From IMG/VR virus record IMGVR_UViG_3300010167_000005, positions 1 through 40,050 of that record: a stretch of 40,050 bases of DNA; one strand, 5' to 3'. The translations under genes were made by a program, and so were the position numbers. The notes beneath the pieces were generated by a model, which was given only the letters and a program-made list of their open reading frames with translations, was not told the DNA's origin and did not search any database. The DNA is from a virus. This document shows positions 33,705-40,050 of the stretch, in pieces (the stretch's first letter is position 1; every line of letters begins with the position of its first letter).

Positions 33705-34608
33705 CGCAATGACATGCCATGTCCACGGCGTCGTATTATCGCCGGTCCACTTAGAGAGTAATTTTGATGCAAGTAATTACAAAGTATTCATCGACAGCGG
33801 AGGGTTTACCGACGTTCATGCTCACAAAAGATTGACGTATCGAGAGGCGTTGGACAGACAGATAAAAATAGCAGGAAGATTAAACGCTACTCCGGAGATG
33901 CTGGCAGGGTACGACCTTATCTCTCCGCTATGCTTCCCATCGTCAACTCGCAAATTTAAATCGCCAGAAAACGATCATGCGATAGAAACGACAATCAAGG
34001 CAGCGGAGTGGTTTGATAAACATCGTGATGAGATGCTCGGTGCAAGTCCAATGTTCATTCTCCAGGGTGCATGGCCGAGTGATTTCATGCACTGTTTGGA
34101 ACACATCGTCCCTCTACTTGAAGAAGGAGATACTATCGGCTTCGGGTCGTCGGCGTCAAACAACGACAAAATAAAGCAGAGACTAAGAGAAATAACTGCT
34201 GGTACTTGCGCTAAACTGCAAGGCACAGCCTGCAATAAAGTTCATTATTTAGGGCTATCGCCAATCAACGATCTCTGCCAGTTTGACACATATTGCAGAC
34301 AGAGAGGGATTGACCCCTCATATGACACTTCATCGTATATCAGAAGGTGCGCTTTCGGAGACATCAGTGCACCGCCAGACTTCAACGAAACGGTTGATGC
34401 CTTGTCTAAGTTAGACAAGCAGAGAAGATGGACGTATTTTAATATATCCGTCGGTTCAGTGCAGGCGTTTTGGGACCATTGGAATTTTTATTTCGATGAC
34501 TTGAGTTTGGACGAATATAACTTTGAAGAATTTAAAACCAAGAATGACATCAAGTATGACGAGTTCATGGCTGGACAAAACGCTTTAGACAAATGGGTGA
34601 AAAAATGA
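33679..34608 (+). CDS. dpdA: DpdA-like DNA/tRNA-guanine transglycosylase family protein
   Basis: FIDSGGF matches the TGT catalytic DSGGF motif. HYLGLS ... YDTSSY matches the second TGT/DpdA motif block. Size is DpdA-like (309 aa). An alternative start is ATG 33709. Confidence 0.7.
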   Translation: MRFYTSSFDAMTCHVHGVVLSPVHLESNFDASNYKVFIDSGGFTDVHAHKRLTYREALDRQIKIAGRLNATPEMLAGYDLISPLCFPSSTRKFKSPENDHAIETTIKAAEWFDKHRDEMLGASPMFILQGAWPSDFMHCLEHIVPLLEEGDTIGFGSSASNNDKIKQRLREITAGTCAKLQGTACNKVHYLGLSPINDLCQFDTYCRQRGIDPSYDTSSYIRRCAFGDISAPPDFNETVDALSKLDKQRRWTYFNISVGSVQAFWDHWNFYFDDLSLDEYNFEEFKTKNDIKYDEFMAGQNALDKWVKK

Positions 34609-35339
34609 TAGATTTAGGTGTAGAGAAAAAATTAGGTTCGGACACCGTGAAGCACATCTATATTGGGTTGATGGTTATGGCTTTGCTCATTTCCAACATC
34701 ATCGCAATGAGGATGATTCACGTGGGTGAACTGTTTGGATTGGAGATATATGTCACGGGTGCGGTATTCACATACTTCATCTGCTTTTTGATGACAGATA
34801 TTCTCTCAGAGAAGTTTGGAAAGAAGGTTGCAAAGGATGCCATTAAGGCGGGTGTTGTAGCACAGTTGATAGCATTTGCGCTGATAATGATCGTCGTATT
34901 CGTCGTTCCGGTTGGACCGACTGACTGGGACGTTGATATGCTAGCGGCGTATAAGATGATATTCACTGTCAACGGATTCATAATAGCAGGAAGCATAACT
35001 GCTTTCTACATATCGCAGAATCTGGACGTGAAGATATTCCATGTGTTAAGGCATAAGTTCCGAGACAAGAAATGGGTCAGGTCATCGTCGACAATACTGT
35101 CACAGTTAGTTGACACGCTGATAATGACGTTCATAGCGTTCGTCATCCCGATGTGGCTCGGACTTGAAGGGTCGTTACCGTTCATCATATTGCTCGGCAT
35201 GCTGGCCGGAGAGTATATGCTCAAGGTTGCTTTGGCGGCGTTGGACACTCCGATATTCTACCTGCTAACAGGCGGTAGAAGAACGCAGGAAAACTTCGAC
35301 GATGCGAACAAACAGATAGAGGAGACAAAAAATGGCTAA
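34605..35339 (+). CDS. yhhQ: YhhQ/Vut-family queuosine-precursor (preQ0) transporter
   Basis: FTYFICFLMTDILSEKFGKKVAK and ISQNLDVKIFHVLRHKFRDKKWVRSSSTILSQLVDTLIMTFIAF align closely with E. coli YhhQ blocks. The protein is multi-pass. ATGA-coupled start (ATG 34593 is the alternative). Confidence 0.85.
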   Translation: MIDLGVEKKLGSDTVKHIYIGLMVMALLISNIIAMRMIHVGELFGLEIYVTGAVFTYFICFLMTDILSEKFGKKVAKDAIKAGVVAQLIAFALIMIVVFVVPVGPTDWDVDMLAAYKMIFTVNGFIIAGSITAFYISQNLDVKIFHVLRHKFRDKKWVRSSSTILSQLVDTLIMTFIAFVIPMWLGLEGSLPFIILLGMLAGEYMLKVALAALDTPIFYLLTGGRRTQENFDDANKQIEETKNG

Positions 35340-35724
35340 AAGTGAAGAAAGAACAGAGGAGAAAGTGACAAAGATCGGCGACGTAATGTACGCCGTTTCT
35401 TCTGAGCGTGTCACGTGTCCGTTCTGCAAGGGTACAGAGAAGTTGGACCGAACGATATTCATACCGGCGGTGTTGCAAGGCAACGTCAAATGTGTATGCA
35501 ATGGCGGGTGGTTCTTTGCTCCGTATCGTGTCGTTGAAGGGAAAGTCGCAGAGATAATCCTGCGTGAAACGGCAGAAGGAGTGCAGAAGAAATACGTCAT
35601 GGACTTCGGGCAAAGAAACGAGGAAAGAGATGAACGTCTGTATTCAAACAAAAAGGACGCCGAAGGATTGGCAGCGGAACTGAACGATCAGTATGACAAA
35701 CTCGAGGTGGTCCTTCGTGCGTAA
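35332..35724 (+). CDS. Hypothetical zinc-binding protein (130 aa)
   Basis: CPFC ... CVC Cys pairs. Confidence 0.55.
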   Translation: MAKSEERTEEKVTKIGDVMYAVSSERVTCPFCKGTEKLDRTIFIPAVLQGNVKCVCNGGWFFAPYRVVEGKVAEIILRETAEGVQKKYVMDFGQRNEERDERLYSNKKDAEGLAAELNDQYDKLEVVLRA

Positions 35725-35956
35725 AAGCATAGACGTTCGTTCGCTCAGCCTGACAAACGAGGAAAAAGATGACCTTCTCTCCCTTATCTATTTTCACAGA
35801 GCAGGTCCGGGTAGAGCGATAGTGCTCATACTTAACGATAGGGGCAAAACGTGTGAACAGATAGCGGATATCGTCGGCGTTGAGCGTTCAACGGTCTATG
35901 AATCTCGCAGAATAGGACGTAAGAGGAGAAGTGAAACAGATGAAGACAGCATTTGA
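35717..35956 (+). CDS. HTH DNA-binding protein (sigma-70 region-4 / LuxR-like)
   Basis: LTNEEKDDLLSLIY...GKTCEQIADIVGVERSTVYESRR. The GTG at 35717 lies 6 nt after GAGGTGG. The track ATG at 35693 overlaps the previous gene. Confidence 0.6.
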   Translation: MRKSIDVRSLSLTNEEKDDLLSLIYFHRAGPGRAIVLILNDRGKTCEQIADIVGVERSTVYESRRIGRKRRSETDEDSI

Positions 35957-36260
35957 GGACGTCATGGCGGTCAAACTGTCAGGCGAGCAGTTGAAGAGAG
36001 CGATGTTCGTTCAACAATTTACCAAATATGATATTGTTGACAGCATCGTTATTGCAACGCTCTACTGCGATTTCGGCGATGAAGTGCATCTCAAGACGTT
36101 GTCGAAAAGAATCAATATGCATGGCGAAGATGTTCGAGCAAAACTGAACGTTCTTCGGTCAAGGCTGGATAATCAGCAGACACTTGACGAAGGCGTGACG
36201 TATGGACAGCAGTTGTGCAAGGCGATGAATTGCAAGCCGTTTGACTTCAAGGATGTGTGA
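35931..36260 (+). CDS. Hypothetical protein (109 aa)
   Basis: ORF in the operon. Confidence 0.5.
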   Translation: MKQMKTAFEDVMAVKLSGEQLKRAMFVQQFTKYDIVDSIVIATLYCDFGDEVHLKTLSKRINMHGEDVRAKLNVLRSRLDNQQTLDEGVTYGQQLCKAMNCKPFDFKDV

Positions 36261-37063
36261 CCATGGCGGATACGACAGTATTGATAACCGGAAAGAACAA
36301 AATACTCAGAGAAGCGTTCACAATCGGCAGTATCGTCAGAACATCGCTCGACGCGATAAGAATGACGATAGAGGAAGATAAGATAGAACTGTTAGGACTG
36401 GATGCGGCGAAGGCGATCGTTATCGAATATGTCCTTGAGTCAGATACAGCAAAAGGATTGAAGATAACGTCAACAATCGGCGATTCTCCAGGCAAAGACC
36501 CTAACGGCGAAGTTATCCCTGGTAATGTGATGCAGATAGACCCGAGAGAGATACTTGAAGGTTTAAAGAAGGGCGATGCCAGCGATGATGCAAGCATATC
36601 TTTCGGCAAGGAGAACACGGTCGTCAAGACAGGAAGGATAACGAGGAAGTACAGAACAAAATCTGCAATTCTCATTCCGTCAGCGTGGAAAGTGCCAAAC
36701 TTACCGATGACAGCGGCGGCAGTGATGAAGAAGGAACTGTTCCAGTCCTTATTCCGTCCGTTGGACGATCTCGAGCAGATACGCGTCAAGTTCTCGCCGG
36801 AAGGGATAGATGTACGAGCGGAAGAAGAGCACATCATTAAAGGAGAGACGTATGTCAAGGTGGCAGAATGTAGCAAATTTGTTTCAAAAGAAACGTTTGA
36901 CGTTCTGTTCGGAACGGAGTACTTCGTCGGAATAGCGAATTATATCCCTTCAGATATCGTTGACGTGACCTTGAAGATGGCTGCTAACATGCCTGCGTAT
37001 GTGTTTTTCGGTTCTGTTCGCTGTATATTGGCACCGAGAATCGATGATCAGCCAATGGAGTGA
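36257..37063 (+). CDS. pcn: PCNA-type DNA sliding clamp
   Basis: The size is PCNA-like (268 aa). The N-terminal pattern ...IVRTSLDAIRMTIEEDKIELLGLDAAKAIVIEYVL parallels archaeal PCNA (LIDEAAFKVTEDGISMRAMDPSRVVLIDL). The C-terminal ...FGSVRCILAPRIDD parallels ...GRLTFLLAPRVEE. Confidence 0.75.
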   Translation: MTMADTTVLITGKNKILREAFTIGSIVRTSLDAIRMTIEEDKIELLGLDAAKAIVIEYVLESDTAKGLKITSTIGDSPGKDPNGEVIPGNVMQIDPREILEGLKKGDASDDASISFGKENTVVKTGRITRKYRTKSAILIPSAWKVPNLPMTAAAVMKKELFQSLFRPLDDLEQIRVKFSPEGIDVRAEEEHIIKGETYVKVAECSKFVSKETFDVLFGTEYFVGIANYIPSDIVDVTLKMAANMPAYVFFGSVRCILAPRIDDQPME

Positions 37064-37092
37064 TAAACATTTTACCATTTTTCTTTTTCATA

Positions 37093-37165
37093 TTAAAGTT
37101 AGAATAGTAATGTTTATATACAACTTAAGTATTACTACTATTACAACTATGGGAAGTGGTTAAAA
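37093..37165 (+). promoter_or_regulatory. Promoter-leader cassette copy P3
   Basis: TTAAAGTTAGAATAGTAATGTTTATATA lies at 37093-37120, preceded by oligo-T tracts. The leader is caactatgggaagtggttaaaaATG. Confidence 0.65.
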
Positions 37166-37408
37166 ATGGACGGAAAATATTGGTTGAAGAAAATAGAGGA
37201 ACTGGACGTAAACAAAATATGCTATGTCAACGTGTTGAGAGACACGCTAGAAGTCAGAGCGTGCGCAAACAAGACATATCTCATCAGAATACAGGGTCCA
37301 GACGCAGTATTTACGATGGCGTGCGATAAGATAGAGGCAACAAAGAACGAGTTATCGTTTATCTTTGCTGGAACCATAATAGCAAGATTCAAAGAAAAGG
37401 TGGAATAA
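37166..37408 (+). CDS. Hypothetical protein (80 aa), first gene behind P3
   Basis: ORF directly behind the cassette. Confidence 0.6.
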   Translation: MDGKYWLKKIEELDVNKICYVNVLRDTLEVRACANKTYLIRIQGPDAVFTMACDKIEATKNELSFIFAGTIIARFKEKVE

Positions 37409-37588
37409 ATGCCTTCCTGCTACTATTGCAACCGGAGAGCAGAGCCAGAAAACAGCATTCTTAGACCAAATGGCAACGTTTGGCACTTTTGCGATGAGTG
37501 CTGGGGTGAAAGAAAAAGCGAAGAAGCGCACGCAAAGATCGTAGACGGTATGACGCTAACTGAAATGGCAAACGCAGGAGTGTTGTGA
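37409..37588 (+). CDS. Zinc-ribbon miniprotein (59 aa)
   Basis: Manual translation gives MPSCYYCNRRAEP...WHFCDECWGERK... The ATG abuts the upstream stop, and the stop lies 1 nt before the next ATG. Confidence 0.55.
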   Translation: MPSCYYCNRRAEPENSILRPNGNVWHFCDECWGERKSEEAHAKIVDGMTLTEMANAGVL

Positions 37589-37589
37589 G

Positions 37590-38240
37590 ATGTCTGAAAA
37601 GAGCGGCATGATGAGAGTGAACGGCATGATAAATGAAGTCGCTGATGCGATGATCGTGAAAATGTTCAAAGATTTTCCCGTCGGCAATGTTGGACTAACA
37701 TTTCACAGGCACAAGAAGGCTTATGGGTGTTTCTACGTTGATAAGAACTGGAAGATAGGCGAAGATGGCTTTCATGAGATAAACATCAGCGAGCACGCAA
37801 TCAGAGCAGGAAAGACACAGATGTTCTGCACCATTGCTCATGAGTTGGTTCACGCAGCCAATACGCAAATGGGGATAAAGGATACAGACAAAACCCTTCG
37901 CCGTCACAACAAGAAGTTTAAGGCAGGATTGGAGAAGGTTGGCATGAAAGCGTTCGACACTGGCGGTCCAGGAGGGTGGGACGACGTAGTCGAATGGTAT
38001 CCTGTCTTTGAGGAGATCGTTGCTGAGTTGAGCGATGATGCCAAATATGTCCTGGAAAATGTGGACGTATTGTTGCAGTTTAAGAGCGGCGGAAGTAACA
38101 CGCAAAACTTATCCGTTTTTATCTGTCCGAATTGCGGGCAGAAGGCAAGGGCAAAGCAGGGAGCAAAACTGATATGCGGGAACGACTGCTGCCTGCCTGA
38201 CGATACGGAAGGCATGGTAACAATGGAGTTGGTAGGGTGA
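37590..38240 (+). CDS. SprT-like zinc metalloprotease with C-terminal zinc ribbon
   Basis: HExxH motif within TIAHELVHAAN, followed by RRHNKKFK. Both are SprT-like. The C-terminal Cys pattern is CPNCGQ...CGNDCC. Confidence 0.7.
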   Translation: MSEKSGMMRVNGMINEVADAMIVKMFKDFPVGNVGLTFHRHKKAYGCFYVDKNWKIGEDGFHEINISEHAIRAGKTQMFCTIAHELVHAANTQMGIKDTDKTLRRHNKKFKAGLEKVGMKAFDTGGPGGWDDVVEWYPVFEEIVAELSDDAKYVLENVDVLLQFKSGGSNTQNLSVFICPNCGQKARAKQGAKLICGNDCCLPDDTEGMVTMELVG

Positions 38241-38662
38241 CGATACAAACCTTTGCGCTTGTGCGCGCTACGTGTGCGTGCTGTGGGATAAAACATGATG
38301 TTTTATTACAGCACGGCGGCAAGATGCAACACGATCAGATGCAAGGTTGCATAGAGTTGAAAAAACGTGGATGGCACTGCTATACAAGGAAGGTGTTCAC
38401 TTATAACGAGCCAGGCGGCGAAGAGTATAATGACAAGAAGATCAAAAAGGTTACATGGGTATGTAAAACGTGCAAATCGAAAGCGGATATCATAATGAAC
38501 ACAAAATTCATGTGCAAGTTTGACCCAAGGGACAATGAGTGTGTGATACAGTATTGCAAAGGTCAAGATGCTTGCTATAAATGTGCACATTTCAACCCTT
38601 TTACATTAAAATGTGAAGATGTGAGAGATACAATACCGTATATTGTGAGTGTGGTAGAATGA
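38237..38662 (+). CDS. Cys-rich hypothetical protein (141 aa)
   Basis: Multiple CxxC pairs (CACC, CKTC, CYKC). GTGA-coupled start. Confidence 0.55.
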   Translation: MTIQTFALVRATCACCGIKHDVLLQHGGKMQHDQMQGCIELKKRGWHCYTRKVFTYNEPGGEEYNDKKIKKVTWVCKTCKSKADIIMNTKFMCKFDPRDNECVIQYCKGQDACYKCAHFNPFTLKCEDVRDTIPYIVSVVE

Positions 38663-38943
38663 AACGCCACGCAATATATCGTCCGGACGGCGGAGTTGAC
38701 TATTATGTCAACTCTGACCTTTCGTGCAAAGAGTTTGGATGCAAAACAACCTCGCAGGGTCACGGTAAAAACTGCTGCACAATACTCACTGTCAGTGACA
38801 TAGAACAGTGGGTGAGGGAGAAGAAGGAGGAGATAGAAACTCACAGAATATATCCGCCATGGTATGGTTATTATATACAGACTGGAGAAGTGAAAATCCT
38901 CGACGAAATCCTCGACATCATCGAGAAGAACAAGGAGGGATAA
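38659..38943 (+). CDS. Hypothetical protein (94 aa)
   Basis: ATGA-coupled ORF. Confidence 0.55.
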   Translation: MKRHAIYRPDGGVDYYVNSDLSCKEFGCKTTSQGHGKNCCTILTVSDIEQWVREKKEEIETHRIYPPWYGYYIQTGEVKILDEILDIIEKNKEG

Positions 38944-38944
38944 C

Positions 38945-39553
38945 ATGAGAGATGACGTGATAAAATATACATGGGAACAATGTGAAGAGATGATAGAGCA
39001 GATAATGGAGCGCTTGTTATCTCAAGGTAAAGAGATATCAGGTGTGTACGGCATACCCAGGAGTGGTATAATCCCTGCAGTGCTTATCGCTTATCAATAT
39101 GATATGCCTTTATTGGCAGGTCCTCACAAAAACTGCATCATCATAGATGGAGACTGCTGGAGTGGCAAGCAGTTATCTCACTATGCACGATCTGACGAGC
39201 AAGAATGGGAATATCATATCTGTGCCCTCATCGACCGGAGTGAGGCAAACACTGGTAAGCCATCGTTGGTGCAATATGCTGGCATAACTCTCAACGAAGT
39301 AATACCGTTGATAGTTTTTCCGTGGAATGCAAAAGTATCTCCATATGCAGAGCCGTGGCTGTTCTTTACATCGCCTGAGGAACATATTGCTAAGGGCGAT
39401 TGTAAAAAATGTGTCTGGGATGTGGATATATGCACTGATGAAGAGCAATGCTACGCTGATTATATCAAGTTGAGAAGAGATTGTCCTCTTTGCCACGGGA
39501 AAAGCAACCACGAATCGTGTCCAAACTGCAAAACTCTATCAGTGAAGAGGTAA
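38945..39553 (+). CDS. Gpt-like type I phosphoribosyltransferase domain fused to a Cys-rich zinc-ribbon tail
   Basis: VIKYTWEQCEEMIEQIMERLL...GVYGIPRSGIIPAVLIAYQY parallels E. coli Gpt (YIVTWDMLQIHARKLASRL...IIAVSRGGLVPGALLAREL). CIIIDGDCWSGKQL lies at the PRPP-loop position. IVFPWN parallels IEQPWD. The tail reads CKKC...C...CPLC...CPNC. Confidence 0.6.
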   Translation: MRDDVIKYTWEQCEEMIEQIMERLLSQGKEISGVYGIPRSGIIPAVLIAYQYDMPLLAGPHKNCIIIDGDCWSGKQLSHYARSDEQEWEYHICALIDRSEANTGKPSLVQYAGITLNEVIPLIVFPWNAKVSPYAEPWLFFTSPEEHIAKGDCKKCVWDVDICTDEEQCYADYIKLRRDCPLCHGKSNHESCPNCKTLSVKR

Positions 39554-39554
39554 T

Positions 39555-40020
39555 ATGACTAACTTAAGTGTGCATTTTTCATCCGATAGCGTTGAGCGGG
39601 CAACTCCGCAAGATATCTTTGACAAGTTGAATGAAGAGTTCGACTTTCAATTGGACGTTTGCGCTACCGATACAAATGCTAAGTGCGATATGTATTACAC
39701 AAAAGCAGAGAACGGATTGGAACAAGACTGGAGCGGTTATCGTTGCTGGATGAATCCTCCTTATGGACGTGAGATCGGCAAATGGGGTCAAAAAGGCAGC
39801 AGATGCCTTTGCTGATAACACACAGAAAGGGTTGTGTGTTTGCCTTGTGCCTTGCAGAACAGATACGCGCTGGTGGCAGGATGATGCTATGAGATGCACG
39901 GAGATCAGGCTGATAAAGGGACGATTAAGGTTTAATGATAAAGACGGCGCTCCATTTCCTTCTGCTTTACTGATATTTGGCACAAAAAAGATGCCGATCA
40001 TAAGAACGTATGAGGTATGA
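39555..40020 (+). pseudogene. dam: Phage-type Dam N6-adenine DNA methyltransferase, split by a 1-nt frameshift
   Basis: ORF 39555-39815 carries ATPQDIF...FDFQLDVCA...NPPYG. ORF 39763-40020 in the +1 frame carries the rest (VKKAADAF...LVPCRTDTRWW...GRLRF). Removing one G from GGGG at 39784-39787 restores ...GKWVKKAADAF... Confidence 0.8.
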
Positions 40021-40050
40021 TCTTGAACGTTTTAGAGTTATTTTCTGGCA
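39928..40050. repeat. Second copy of the terminal overlap
   Basis: Identical to 1-123. Confidence 0.95.

Noticed and set aside
1-40050. Integrase, excisionase, att sites or a classical CI/Cro-type lysogeny module
   Set aside because: No tyrosine or serine recombinase motifs were seen in any ORF, and no tRNA-like attachment sequence was found. I cannot exclude a non-integrating carrier state, but there is no sequence support for a prophage.

Overview
The window holds one complete double-stranded DNA tailed-virus genome with siphovirus-like gene content. It closes on itself: bases 1-123 are repeated verbatim at 39928-40050, giving a unit length of 39,927 bp. About 70 tightly packed genes, often with overlapping start and stop codons, lie on the + strand. 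Only two genes (25856-26439) lie on the - strand.

Gene modules:
- 6952-22726, late morphogenesis block: small and large terminase, a portal-MuF fusion, a prohead protease/scaffold, a DUF2190-like protein, the major capsid protein, connectors, the tail tube, a G/GT chaperone pair with an A_AAA_AAC -1 frameshift site, the tape measure, and distal tail and fibre genes.
- 22764-25806, an orphan post-tail cassette of Cys/His/Gly-Tyr-rich and membrane proteins. It sits where lysis genes normally lie, and no recognisable lysin is present.
- 26928-37063, replication and recombination module: RHH regulator, SNF2 helicase, Cas4-like nuclease, SSB-like protein, VRR-NUC resolvase, primase-polymerase/SF3 helicase, and a PCNA-type sliding clamp. 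No DNA polymerase is encoded.
- A dispersed DNA-modification set: a DpdA-like DNA transglycosylase plus a YhhQ-type 7-deazaguanine-precursor transporter, a Gpt-like phosphoribosyltransferase, a frameshifted phage Dam, a compact C5-methyltransferase-like gene, and an FkbM-type methyltransferase.

Several signals point to an archaeal host, as an inference only. These are the PCNA-type clamp, the TTTATATA promoter boxes, a probable leaderless first gene, the many zinc-ribbon miniproteins, and the absence of any muralytic enzyme.

The most unusual non-coding signals:
- A roughly 28-nt promoter plus conserved leader is present in five copies. Two copies are identical over 70 bp, and some are embedded in the last codons of upstream genes.
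- Two large non-coding regions (about 6270-6951 and 26440-26927) are filled with GAGTAGTAAAA/TTTTACTACTC boxes. They share a 48-bp identical repeat and a 53-bp inverted element.

I saw no integrase, tRNA, CRISPR array or reverse transcriptase.
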